A stretch of DNA of 64,000 bases, from positions 10,067 through 74,066 of the IMG/VR virus record IMGVR_UViG_3300032304_001269. One strand, written 5' to 3'. Positions within the stretch are counted from its first letter, which is position 1; every line of letters begins with the position of its first letter. The notes under the pieces were generated by a model. It saw only the letters and a program-made list of their open reading frames with translations. It had not been told where the DNA came from and made no database searches. The DNA is from a virus. Taxonomy: Duplodnaviria; Heunggongvirae; Uroviricota; Caudoviricetes. The position numbers were made by a program, and so were the translations under genes. This document shows, in pieces, positions 30,817 to 39,646 of this stretch.

Positions 30817-31262
30817 AGACACTGAGAGAGTATATCGATTTAATTTCAGAATCTACTACGGTAGATGACAACTGGTTCAAGGACGGTTCTTTTAAAACTT
30901 TCAAGAAACCAGCTGCAGAAAAGTATGAAATCGCCCAAGAACCCGGAACAGTCGACACACTGGAAGGGCCAGTTCGATATGAAGCAGGACATTATATCAT
31001 GACAGGTCCAAAAGGTGAGAAATATCCTATTACTCCAGAGAAGTTTAACAACCTCAAAGACGATCAAGGAAATGGTATCGCTACACCTAAGAAGATTCCC
31101 AAGATCGCAAAACTTGCAGATCATGATGGTGTGCTACGCACATCATGGGGTGATCTAAACTATACCAAAGGCAACGATTACATTGTACGTCATGGCGAGG
31201 GCGACTATGGCGCAGTAAAGAAAGATATCTTTCAACAAACATACGACACAACAAATGAGTAA
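30813..31262 (+). CDS. hypothetical protein between nrdA and nrdB
   Basis: 149 aa, coupled to both neighbours. Confidence 0.45.
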   Translation: MKTLREYIDLISESTTVDDNWFKDGSFKTFKKPAAEKYEIAQEPGTVDTLEGPVRYEAGHYIMTGPKGEKYPITPEKFNNLKDDQGNGIATPKKIPKIAKLADHDGVLRTSWGDLNYTKGNDYIVRHGEGDYGAVKKDIFQQTYDTTNE

Positions 31263-32367
31263 ACAACAATACAACCTAAACACAAAGACAGACTATCTCA
31301 ATCGCAAGATGTTTCTAGACCCAGCAGGTCCGGTAACCATCCAACGTTTTGAAGAAGTAAAATATAAAAAGATCGCAGACTTTGAAGCTACTGCACGTGG
31401 TTTCTTTTGGCAACCAGAAGAGATCAGTCTAACCAAAGATTCAAATGACTTCAAAGAAGCCAGTGATGCGGTCAAACACATCTTTACCAGCAACCTACTT
31501 CGACAGACAGCACTAGACAGTTTACAAGGTCGAGGCCCTAGCCAAATCTTTATGCCTGTGGTATCATTACCAGAATTAGAAGCATTAGTTTATAACTGGA
31601 CATTCTTTGAAACAAACATTCATTCAAAAAGTTACAGTCATATTATCCGTAACATCTACAATGTGCCCAAGGAAGTATTTAATACCATTCACGACACTAA
31701 AGAAATCGTAGACATGGCGTCAAGTGTAGGAAAGTACTACGACGAGTTACACAGAATAAATTGTCATAAAGAATTAAGCAGTGAAATGACGGGAATGGTT
31801 CGCGAACAAGAACATGTCAAAGCAATTTGGTTGGCACTGAATGCGTCATATGCACTGGAGGCATTCCGCTTCATGGTATCATTTGCCACAAGCCTGGCCA
31901 TGGTAGAGAACAAGATCTTTATAGGTAATGGAAACATTATTCAATTAATTTTACAAGATGAGTTGTTACATAAGGGGTGGACAGCATATTTGATTAATCA
32001 AGTGGTTAAGGAAGATAGCCGTTTTGCAGAAGCTAAAGTAGAATGCGAGTCTGAAGTATATGCATTATATCTAGATGTCATCCGTGAAGAAAAACAATGG
32101 GCAGACTATTTGTTTAACAAAGGTCCAGTTATCGGATTGAACGCTAACATTTTAAAAGACTTTGTTGACTTTACAGCAGTCGGATCACTAAAAGAAATTG
32201 GTATTAAGTATCAGTCAAGTGCTCCTAAGAGCACTCCAATTCCTTGGTTTAACAAACACGTTGACACCAGCAAAAAACAAACGGCTTTACAAGAAAGTGA
32301 AAGCACCAACTACGTAATAGGAGTAATGGGAGAAAATCTTGATTATGATGCTCTTCCAGCTATATAA
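31255..32367 (+). CDS. nrdB: ribonucleoside-diphosphate reductase beta subunit
   Basis: 370-aa ferritin-like di-iron protein with an EAFRF-type helix, adjacent to nrdA. Confidence 0.85.
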   Translation: MSKQQYNLNTKTDYLNRKMFLDPAGPVTIQRFEEVKYKKIADFEATARGFFWQPEEISLTKDSNDFKEASDAVKHIFTSNLLRQTALDSLQGRGPSQIFMPVVSLPELEALVYNWTFFETNIHSKSYSHIIRNIYNVPKEVFNTIHDTKEIVDMASSVGKYYDELHRINCHKELSSEMTGMVREQEHVKAIWLALNASYALEAFRFMVSFATSLAMVENKIFIGNGNIIQLILQDELLHKGWTAYLINQVVKEDSRFAEAKVECESEVYALYLDVIREEKQWADYLFNKGPVIGLNANILKDFVDFTAVGSLKEIGIKYQSSAPKSTPIPWFNKHVDTSKKQTALQESESTNYVIGVMGENLDYDALPAI

Positions 32368-32373
32368 TAAACC

Positions 32374-32541
32374 ATGTATAAAGCACAATTCAAAAGAAAC
32401 AATCCTTACGAATCTTGGACTACAATAGGACACTATGGCAATGAGCAGGCGGCCATAGCAGCAGCACTGAGTTATAAAAACAAAGGCATGCTGCTGGTCA
32501 GAGTCACAGACAAGAACGGCGGTATTGTGTATACAGGTTAA
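32374..32541 (+). CDS. small hypothetical protein (55 aa)
   Basis: Not in the track. ATG lies 7 nt after the nrdB stop. Confidence 0.3.
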   Translation: MYKAQFKRNNPYESWTTIGHYGNEQAAIAAALSYKNKGMLLVRVTDKNGGIVYTG

Positions 32542-32554
32542 TCAAGGAAACATA

Positions 32555-32809
32555 ATGACAGCTATTGTATGGAGTAAGTATAATTGTCCCTATTGTGATC
32601 AGGCCAAGGCCCTGCTAACACAAAGAGGGATTAGATATGAAGAACGCAAGATCGGAGATGGTTACAGTAGAGAAGAACTTTTAGAAGCTGTGCCAAACGC
32701 AAGAACTGTTCCCCAGATTTTTATTAACAATCAATTGATCGGCGGGTTTACAGAACTTAGAACTTATTTAGAACAAACGGCCGGTGGATTCGGCGAAGGG
32801 AAAATATGA
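32555..32809 (+). CDS. glutaredoxin (NrdH/Grx-like redoxin for RNR)
   Basis: CPYC active site. AAGGAAA RBS before the ATG at 32555. The track ORF begins upstream at 32525. Confidence 0.75.
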   Translation: MTAIVWSKYNCPYCDQAKALLTQRGIRYEERKIGDGYSREELLEAVPNARTVPQIFINNQLIGGFTELRTYLEQTAGGFGEGKI

Positions 32810-33099
32810 TGTTGATAGACAAAGGAATAGCAGCTGGAGAAGTTGTCACACTGAAACTTACCAGCGGAGAAGAATTAGTAGCAAAATTAGTAGAAGATCA
32901 GATCATGCACTACAGACTATCCCATCCTATGGTGATTGCCATGAGTCCAAACGGACCGGCACTAATGCCCTATCTGTTTACTGTGAATCCCAGTAAAGAA
33001 GTTAGAATAGCCAAAGGTGTAGTGGCTGTGGTGGAGGCCACAGATAAATCATTTGCTGACCAGTTCCTACAGCAGACCACTGGGATCGCACTGGCTTAA
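32806..33099 (+). CDS. hypothetical protein
   Basis: 97 aa, ATGA-coupled to the upstream gene. Confidence 0.4.
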   Translation: MMLIDKGIAAGEVVTLKLTSGEELVAKLVEDQIMHYRLSHPMVIAMSPNGPALMPYLFTVNPSKEVRIAKGVVAVVEATDKSFADQFLQQTTGIALA

Positions 33100-33109
33100 A
33101 TAGTATACT

Positions 33110-33430
33110 ATGCCTATTTCAAAATTAAACGATCTATTAGATCAAAATGACAGTACCCAGGCAAGCTCATATCTATATGAAGCTAACACTGGTATTGCTA
33201 TCGACTATACCCCGTATTTGTCACGGATAGCAGCATCGCTGGAAACGATTTCGACAAAATTAACATCTATCGAATCATTAGCAACAAATGGTGGTATTAA
33301 AACCATACCGGCTTATAACTGGTTGTTAGCAGCCAGCATGTATAAAATTTCTGTTGATGATACCGGAGCAATAGGGCTTATAGCGTTGACAGATTATCAT
33401 ACTAAATTAAATAACATAGCTAAGTTCTAA
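33110..33430 (+). CDS. hypothetical protein
   Basis: 106 aa. Confidence 0.4.
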   Translation: MPISKLNDLLDQNDSTQASSYLYEANTGIAIDYTPYLSRIAASLETISTKLTSIESLATNGGIKTIPAYNWLLAASMYKISVDDTGAIGLIALTDYHTKLNNIAKF

Positions 33431-33432
33431 TT

Positions 33433-34386
33433 ATGCCAACCCCACAATCAACTAATATTGGGCCAAGTGGCGGAATAGGACCTTATCCAAATCTACCTCA
33501 TCAACACTCTCCAGGTAGTTTAAATCGGCAGGAACCTCTATATAATCCGTTTAATGTTTTTGCCAACGGTGTGGAAATTGCACTCTACAATGCTGCTACG
33601 GTTCCAGGAACGTTCTCAGCTACCTCAGTACCTCGAGTCACAGTTACGCAGGCTGTACAGAATGTAGAAGGAGACGATGACAACACTGCGGGCAAGGTAG
33701 AAGCAGATAGATTTTTAGCGGAAGGTAGAATTACTGCCGCAAAACATAAAGAACTTACAACTACTCCTACACCTAAGGGACCGGGAACACCACCATCTAC
33801 TCCAGTTCCGGGACGTGATGTTGCAGCAGTTACAGGTGATCTTACCTATGCAACAAAATTAACTCCTAACGGATTTACACTTGGACAAGCGATAAAAAAT
33901 GTTACATATCCTCGAACTATTCCTCAGTTAGCCGATAATGTAAAGGGATTACCTGTTCAAAATATTGTAAACAACCTAGCGGCGTTAGCATTAAATGTTC
34001 TCGAGCCTATCAAAGCAAAATATCCCAGCATGTTGATCACCAATTCATATCGTCAAGGGAAGGGCCAGGCCCAGCACGGTACAGGGCAAGCAGCTGACCT
34101 TCAGTTTAGGGGTGTGTCAGCTCACAATTATTATGACATAGCTGTTTGGATTGAAAAGAATATTCCATACGACCAACTACTGTTGGAATATCTAGTGAGA
34201 GATACTGTTTGGATACATATCAGTTATGCAATACCTGGTTTACCGTATGGAGGACAATCTGTTAGAGTAGGCAAACCAATTAACAGATTAGCCACACTCA
34301 ACGGCGCAGCAGGCGGCAAGTTTACAGTTAATTTGCATTCTGATATCATAGTGGCCTCAGTACCTAACCGAGTAGTGGCAGCATAA
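33433..34386 (+). CDS. peptidase M15-like (VanY/D-Ala-D-Ala carboxypeptidase fold) cell-wall hydrolase
   Basis: QAQHGTGQAADLQF fits the M15 HxxGxAxD zinc motif. The N-terminal part is Pro/Gly-rich. Confidence 0.5.
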   Translation: MPTPQSTNIGPSGGIGPYPNLPHQHSPGSLNRQEPLYNPFNVFANGVEIALYNAATVPGTFSATSVPRVTVTQAVQNVEGDDDNTAGKVEADRFLAEGRITAAKHKELTTTPTPKGPGTPPSTPVPGRDVAAVTGDLTYATKLTPNGFTLGQAIKNVTYPRTIPQLADNVKGLPVQNIVNNLAALALNVLEPIKAKYPSMLITNSYRQGKGQAQHGTGQAADLQFRGVSAHNYYDIAVWIEKNIPYDQLLLEYLVRDTVWIHISYAIPGLPYGGQSVRVGKPINRLATLNGAAGGKFTVNLHSDIIVASVPNRVVAA

Positions 34387-34394
34387 CACAAAAC

Positions 34395-35027
34395 ATGTGT
34401 TTTAATTCCGTGTCAACCACAAACAATTATCACAGATTAAATTTATCAAAATCTCCGTTGCTAAATCATGAATTGGCATTGTGCATAGACAACGAATATA
34501 ATTTCTTCGAAGATACTGTAAATTTTTTGACACCAGAACTATTGGATCAATTTAACAGTATTGGGTTGGTTCCTACATTAGCTGTTATTTTTAGTCTAAA
34601 CTACTCGTCTAGATCAGATCAAGAAGCTAAAAAATTCATACACAAAGATCTGACTTGGTATAACGACAAATGGAATACTGTGCCATTCGCTGTTAACTGG
34701 GAATTGAATTCAGATATACACAGTGATATTTTTTGGTACGACGTCTCTGAATGTGAACAACAGTTGCCTCCCGCATATCCAACATATCCGTGGAATCACC
34801 TAAGCGGTATATTTTATCAAGGACCTGCAACAGTAATTGAACATGTAGAGGTTGATTCTAAATATACACGTTCTCCGATATTGTTTAATACCAGCACACC
34901 TCATGCCGTGGGTTTTTCTACATCGGCATCTCATAGATGCGGGCTTAGTGTAAGATTCAGCATTGATCAAATATCAACCTGGAACGATGCTGTGTATAGA
35001 TTTCAAGAATTCATTTGTAAAGATTGA
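34395..35027 (+). CDS. hypothetical protein
   Basis: 210 aa. Confidence 0.4.
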   Translation: MCFNSVSTTNNYHRLNLSKSPLLNHELALCIDNEYNFFEDTVNFLTPELLDQFNSIGLVPTLAVIFSLNYSSRSDQEAKKFIHKDLTWYNDKWNTVPFAVNWELNSDIHSDIFWYDVSECEQQLPPAYPTYPWNHLSGIFYQGPATVIEHVEVDSKYTRSPILFNTSTPHAVGFSTSASHRCGLSVRFSIDQISTWNDAVYRFQEFICKD

Positions 35028-35090
35028 GATTATAATTGGTTTTAATTTAGATTATTAATTAAAAATAATAATTATTAACAAAGGTGTAAC

Positions 35091-35501
35091 ATGAAAAAAT
35101 TATTTTGGAACATATTAGGATTTATCAGTCTAGGCTTGGCCTACATAGGATTAATCACTCCAGGTATACCATACTCACCGTTTATTGTATTCTCCGCTTA
35201 TTGCTTCTCCAAAGGTTCAGAACGCATGCACCGTTGGATCTACAATCATCCAATCTTCGGCCCGTTTCTTACAAATTGGAATGAAAAGAGAGTATTTCCA
35301 CAGAAAATGCGCTATTTGATGTTGACAATGATGTCAATAAGCCTTATAATGATGTATGTGAGTGGAGTAAAGCCTGTGGGCATATTAAGCACAGCAGGAT
35401 TTATGTTGATTGTGGCAATTTGGGCTTGGAGATTTCCTAATACCCCAGAAGAACACGATCGCCGCAAAGCAGCTGGTGAAAAGATAGGTTGGCTTAAATA
35501 A
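35091..35501 (+). CDS. DUF454/YbaN-family inner-membrane protein
   Basis: N-terminal ILGFISLGLAYIGLITPGIPYSPFIV matches the YbaN family. Confidence 0.6.
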   Translation: MKKLFWNILGFISLGLAYIGLITPGIPYSPFIVFSAYCFSKGSERMHRWIYNHPIFGPFLTNWNEKRVFPQKMRYLMLTMMSISLIMMYVSGVKPVGILSTAGFMLIVAIWAWRFPNTPEEHDRRKAAGEKIGWLK

Positions 35502-35545
35502 CAACACACACAGATAAACATTTTTAACACAAGGAAAAAAGTAAA

Positions 35546-35749
35546 ATGGTAACAGGAAAAGTAAAATGGTTTAACGACGCCAAGGGTTTTGGCTTTATTA
35601 CGCCGGACGATGGTGGCGCAGACTTATTTGCTCACTTTTCACAGATTAGTTCGAGTGGCTTCAAAAGCCTACAAGAAGGACAGAGTGTAAGGTTTGAAGT
35701 AACTCAGGGTCAAAAAGGACAACAGGCTAGTAACATTCAGCCTGCCTAA
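35546..35749 (+). CDS. cspA: cold-shock protein (CspA family)
   Basis: [15 protein letters not shown] and DLFAHFS RNP motifs; 67 aa. Confidence 0.85.
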   Translation: MVTGKVKWFNDAKGFGFITPDDGGADLFAHFSQISSSGFKSLQEGQSVRFEVTQGQKGQQASNIQPA

Positions 35750-36067
35750 GGAATTGTTGTAATCCCTTCAAAGCGAAGGCGTTCAAGACGCCGGTTCGAA
35801 TCCGGCCACCTCCACCTAAGTGTATTAGAAGTATATTTAGGTGGGGGTGCTCTGGTAATCGATTGAGCGAGATAGTGGCGACGGCAACACGGTAGGCGAT
35901 GACCGTAAATCAAGCAAAACTCGTAAATGCAAACGCAGATACATTTGACTTCAGCGCAATGAGCTTCACTGGTAACACCGTTCGCGGTGCTGCTAATGAC
36001 AGCAGATTTGCTCTAGCTGCCTAAAAAACAGCGGTCCGAGGTAGTTATACCTTGTAATCCAAAATAG
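35750..36067 (+). ncRNA. ssrA: tmRNA (ssrA), permuted two-piece gene. The acceptor piece ends at CC near 35816. The coding piece starts at GGGGGTG near 35843.
   Basis: T-arm GCCGG-TTCGAAT-CCGGC at 35790-35806, followed by the 3' acceptor strand CACCTCC, a discriminator A and CC. Downstream, GGGGGTG (35843-35849) pairs with that strand and gives the G3:U70 alanine identity pair. A tag reading frame at 35992-36024 encodes ANDSRFALAA and ends in a stop. A terminator hairpin follows. Confidence 0.7.
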
Positions 36068-36095
36068 CAGAGCCCGCTTCGGCGGGTTTCTTTTT
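36068..36095 (+). terminator. rho-independent terminator after the tmRNA
   Basis: GCCCGC-TTCG-GCGGG followed by a T-run. Confidence 0.6.
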
Positions 36096-36119
36096 GGGAT
36101 TAATTCAAGAAATAAAAGG

Positions 36120-36148
36120 TTGACTTTTCACAGCCATAAGTATAATAT
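36120..36148 (+). promoter_or_regulatory. sigma70-like promoter
   Basis: TTGACT at 36120-36125 and TATAAT/TAATAT at 36141-36148, with a 15-17 nt spacer, upstream of the OMP gene. Confidence 0.4.
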
Positions 36149-36184
36149 TATAAATTAACACAGTAAATTAACAAAGGAGAAACT

Positions 36185-36739
36185 ATGAAATTTACAAAAC
36201 AACTGACACTTGCACTGGCCTCATTATTGGTCACAGGTTCAGCATTGGCCAATGGCTACGCTACCTATGAGTATAGTGAAGAAGAAAATCGCGCAACCAG
36301 CGCCAACAACATTGTCAACGCAGTGGTAGTTGGCTTCAAGGCCGCTGAAGGTTGGGACTACAGTCTCAAAACCAACACCAGCCAAACTGCTCTGGGTTCC
36401 GGCTCAATCAGTTCAGGTATAGAAGTTCGTGCTAGAAAATCATTGGGCGCATTCTACGTTGGTGGGCGACTAGGTGAACGCATTACCAGCGCCACACACT
36501 TCAGCACATATGCTGTTGATGCTGGTGTTAAGTTTCCATTGGCAGCAGGCTTCACTGGCGATGTCGGCGGCCGTTATCGCAATGCTTTTGAAAGCGGTAA
36601 AAGCTACGAAACAACTCGTGCGCATGCCACAGTGGCCTATGCATTGACCAAACAAGACTCAGTGGCCGTGCGTTTTTCACGTTCTTACGGTGACGAAGAA
36701 AAAGATGCATGGCGTTTAAGCTACACACGCGGTTTCTAA
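36185..36739 (+). CDS. small outer-membrane beta-barrel protein
   Basis: Signal peptide ending ALA-NG. Alternating amphipathic strands. C-terminal YTRGF with a terminal Phe. Confidence 0.5.
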   Translation: MKFTKQLTLALASLLVTGSALANGYATYEYSEEENRATSANNIVNAVVVGFKAAEGWDYSLKTNTSQTALGSGSISSGIEVRARKSLGAFYVGGRLGERITSATHFSTYAVDAGVKFPLAAGFTGDVGGRYRNAFESGKSYETTRAHATVAYALTKQDSVAVRFSRSYGDEEKDAWRLSYTRGF

Positions 36740-36756
36740 TCACTTTGTTCTCAACA

Positions 36757-36786
36757 AAGGACCTTCGGGTCCTTTTATTTTTTCTA
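36757..36786 (+). terminator. rho-independent terminator
   Basis: GGACC-TTCG-GGTCC followed by TTTTATTTTTT. Confidence 0.6.
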
Positions 36787-36820
36787 TTACCGCAATAGAA
36801 ATAATTATTGTAAAAACCTA

Positions 36821-36850
36821 TTGATTTTAGGTTTTAATAGGCTATATAAT
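36821..36850 (+). promoter_or_regulatory. sigma70-like promoter upstream of ahpC
   Basis: TTGATT, then about 17-18 nt, then TATATAAT. Confidence 0.4.
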
Positions 36851-36903
36851 AAACACATACAACACAATGCTGTATTAGTTTTCAACACACACAAGGAGAA
36901 TAT

Positions 36904-37443
36904 ATGAAAACAGTTGGTGATAAATTAAACCCATTCACAGTTACAGGCGTTAAGCCAGGACAACCAGAAGATGCTTTCTTTGACATTACTGAAAAGTCAT
37001 TTGAAGGAAAATGGAAAGTAATCGTTTACTATCCAAAGGACTTTACATTTGTATGTCCTACAGAAATTGTTGCCTACGATAAACTAGCAGGTGACTTCGC
37101 TGATCGTGATGCAGTATTGCTCACAGGAAGCACAGACAATGAGTTCTGTAAAGTCAGCTGGCAAACAGCACATGCTGATTTGAAGAAAATCACACACAAC
37201 CAATTCGCTGACACACAGCGCGGTGAGTTGAGCTTGATTGAACAACTAGGAGTATTCTATGCTCCAGCAGGTGCCGCACTTCGTGCAACATTCATCGTTG
37301 ATCCAGACAACGTTATCCAACATGTTACTGTCAACAACTTGAACGTTGGTCGTAGCCCAGAAGAAACTCTGCGTGTATTAGATGCTCTACAAACTGGTGA
37401 ACTATGTGCATGTAACCGTACAGTGGGTGGAGAGACACTATAA
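36904..37443 (+). CDS. ahpC: peroxiredoxin (AhpC/Prx1 subfamily)
   Basis: FTFVCPTEI peroxidatic Cys motif, with a resolving Cys in ELCAC near the C-terminus. Confidence 0.85.
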   Translation: MKTVGDKLNPFTVTGVKPGQPEDAFFDITEKSFEGKWKVIVYYPKDFTFVCPTEIVAYDKLAGDFADRDAVLLTGSTDNEFCKVSWQTAHADLKKITHNQFADTQRGELSLIEQLGVFYAPAGAALRATFIVDPDNVIQHVTVNNLNVGRSPEETLRVLDALQTGELCACNRTVGGETL

Positions 37444-37949
37444 TGGCATTCATTGACGCAGTTAAATCAGCGTTGCCAGACTACGCAAAAGATACCAAGT
37501 TAAATCTTGATGCTGTCCTAGTGCGTAGTGCATTAGATGCTGACGTAGCTATGGGCTGTGCTGTAGCCGCATTGGCCGCAACTGGTAACGGTAAAGTACT
37601 TGCTGTCTTGTTGGCAGATGTCCCTGTTCACGCAGACAGTGCTATGACGGCCGCAAGTATTATGGCACAGAACAACGTATGGTATCCATATGTTGAGATG
37701 GCTGATGATCCTGCACTGAAAGGATTACCAGCAGGCCTACGCATGAATGCTATTGCCAGCCACGGTGGAACTACCAAGGCAAACTTTGAAGCATTTAGTT
37801 TGGCAGCCAGCATCGTTGGCAAATGTCATTTCTGTGTGAAAGCACATTACGAAACGCTCAAGACGGAAGGCTACACAGTAGAACAGCTTCGTGACATAGG
37901 TCGTATAGCCTCGGTGATGAATTCAGTTGCCAAAGTGTTGAATAGTTAA
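37443..37949 (+). CDS. ahpD: alkylhydroperoxidase AhpD-family protein (carboxymuconolactone decarboxylase fold)
   Basis: CHFCVKAH is the CxxC/H AhpD core motif. TAATG-coupled to ahpC. Confidence 0.7.
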   Translation: MAFIDAVKSALPDYAKDTKLNLDAVLVRSALDADVAMGCAVAALAATGNGKVLAVLLADVPVHADSAMTAASIMAQNNVWYPYVEMADDPALKGLPAGLRMNAIASHGGTTKANFEAFSLAASIVGKCHFCVKAHYETLKTEGYTVEQLRDIGRIASVMNSVAKVLNS

Positions 37950-38056
37950 TATCACTAGCCTCTTTTAATGATTTTAACTATGAGATTTGTGGTGTTTCTA
38001 TAGTATAATGATGATACATACTTGCATAGTATGCATTTTTATAAAGGAGTACTATT

Positions 38057-38128
38057 ATGTGGACTACACCAGCAGCGACTGATCTAAGATACGGGTTCGA
38101 AATTTCAATGTACATTGCTAATCGTTAA
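38057..38128 (+). CDS. pqqA: PqqA-like peptide (23 aa)
   Basis: MWTTPAATDLRYGFEISMYIANR compared with Klebsiella PqqA [23 protein letters not shown]: W2, P5, DLR, G13 and the E-x3-Y pair (E15/Y19) are conserved. AAAGGAG RBS upstream; terminator downstream. Confidence 0.5.
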   Translation: MWTTPAATDLRYGFEISMYIANR

Positions 38129-38142
38129 TAAGAACTGAACAG

Positions 38143-38168
38143 AAAGCCCACTTAGTGGGCTTTCTCTT
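38143..38168 (+). terminator. rho-independent terminator
   Basis: AAAGCCCAC-TTA-GTGGGCTTTCTCTT. Confidence 0.6.
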
Positions 38169-38227
38169 GACCTGTTTACTGTGAACATGTTAAAGTAAAA
38201 GTTAAGTACATAATTAGAGAGGATAAT

Positions 38228-38635
38228 ATGTTAGAATGTTTGATTGTAGGTGATAGTATTGCTGTAGGAACATCCATGGCTCGACCAGAGTGTGTGAGTT
38301 TAAGTAAAGGCGGCATTAACAGTTCACAATGGAACAAACAAAATGCCGGCAACAATGTCACAGCCAAAACTGTCATCATTAGCCTTGGAGCCAACGATCA
38401 TCGAGGTATCAAGACTGAAGACGAGCTTCGCAGATTAAGAACAGCAGTAAAAGCAGATAAAGTGTTTTGGATCGATCCTGGACAAGATCGTAAACCCATA
38501 CCGCACGATGCGATCGTTCGTATTGCCCGAGAGTATGGGGATATAATCATTGCTCGTCCTAAAAATCACATGAGTGCTGACGGAGTTCATCCCACCGGTC
38601 GAGGATATAAGATCATAGCGGAGCAAACCAAATGA
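38228..38635 (+). CDS. SGNH/GDSL-family hydrolase
   Basis: N-terminal IVGDSIAVG is the GDSL block I, with the catalytic Ser. Confidence 0.5.
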   Translation: MLECLIVGDSIAVGTSMARPECVSLSKGGINSSQWNKQNAGNNVTAKTVIISLGANDHRGIKTEDELRRLRTAVKADKVFWIDPGQDRKPIPHDAIVRIAREYGDIIIARPKNHMSADGVHPTGRGYKIIAEQTK

Positions 38636-39600
38636 ATATTTTAGTTACAGGCGGGCTAGGTCTGATAGGGCATAATGTTGTTAGAAAATTAGAACAACAA
38701 GGGCACACTGTTGTGGTCTACGATAACATGACCAACTATGGTATTATTCCTAGAGAAGAAATTGATCATTTAATGATCCAAAGACGAAAGTTAATTTCAA
38801 CACCGCATATTCACGAAAATGATATTCTCCAAGGCAGTATGTTTGATTGGTTACTGCCCAAACATAACATCGAAGCTATCATACACCTTGCTGCATTTCC
38901 CCGACAGAAAGTAGTTAACGCCGATCCATGTTGGGGCAGTACTGTAATGAGCACAGGCCTGTTAATGCTGTTAGAGAAAGCGGTAGAACACGGTGTTCGT
39001 AGATTCACCTATGCCAGTTCCAGTATGGTTTATGGTGATTTCAAAGACGATGTTACAGAAAATGCAGGGTGCCGCCCTCAGGGTCAATATGGTATTCTTA
39101 AACTTGCAGGAGAGTGGTTAGTCAAGGATTATACTCGCAAATACGGTATTGAACATACCATTCTAAGACCCAGTGCTGTCTATGGTCCATTGGATGTAGA
39201 AGATCGTGTGATTTCAAAATTCTTACTCACAGCAATGCGGGGAGAAACACTCAAAGTCAACGGACGAAACGAAACCTTAGATTTTACCTACGTTGATGAT
39301 GCAGCCGATGGATTCGTGGCTGCTACACTTTCGGATCAAGCAGCCAACGGCACCTACAACATCACAAAAAGTCATAGCAAAACTCTACTCAGTGCAGCCG
39401 AACTGGCAGTGAAATTGGCAGGTAAAGGCAGTATAGAAATTCGCGACAAAGACGCAGATTTCCCCAGCAGAGGCGCATTGAATATAGATGCTGCTCGCAG
39501 AGATTTTGGATTTAATCCAAAAGTGGATGTTGACGAAGGATTCCAAATCTACTACGATTGGTTGAAATCGGATCCCTATTTTAGCCTTGACAAACATTGA
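38632..39600 (+). CDS. NAD-dependent epimerase/dehydratase (SDR, UDP-sugar 4-epimerase-like)
   Basis: N-terminal TGGLGLIG Rossmann motif. YASSSMVYG and YGILK form the Ser-Tyr-Lys triad. Confidence 0.8.
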   Translation: MNILVTGGLGLIGHNVVRKLEQQGHTVVVYDNMTNYGIIPREEIDHLMIQRRKLISTPHIHENDILQGSMFDWLLPKHNIEAIIHLAAFPRQKVVNADPCWGSTVMSTGLLMLLEKAVEHGVRRFTYASSSMVYGDFKDDVTENAGCRPQGQYGILKLAGEWLVKDYTRKYGIEHTILRPSAVYGPLDVEDRVISKFLLTAMRGETLKVNGRNETLDFTYVDDAADGFVAATLSDQAANGTYNITKSHSKTLLSAAELAVKLAGKGSIEIRDKDADFPSRGALNIDAARRDFGFNPKVDVDEGFQIYYDWLKSDPYFSLDKH

Positions 39601-39646
39601 CAAAGACGTTATACTATGTGTACAGTAAATTTTTAGGAGTTCTATT

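Noticed and set aside
35790-35816. Apparent stand-alone tRNA 3' half (T-arm plus CCA end) with no matching 5' half upstream
   Set aside because: It is not a fragmentary tRNA. The complementary acceptor strand lies downstream (35843-35849), so this is the acceptor piece of a permuted tmRNA.
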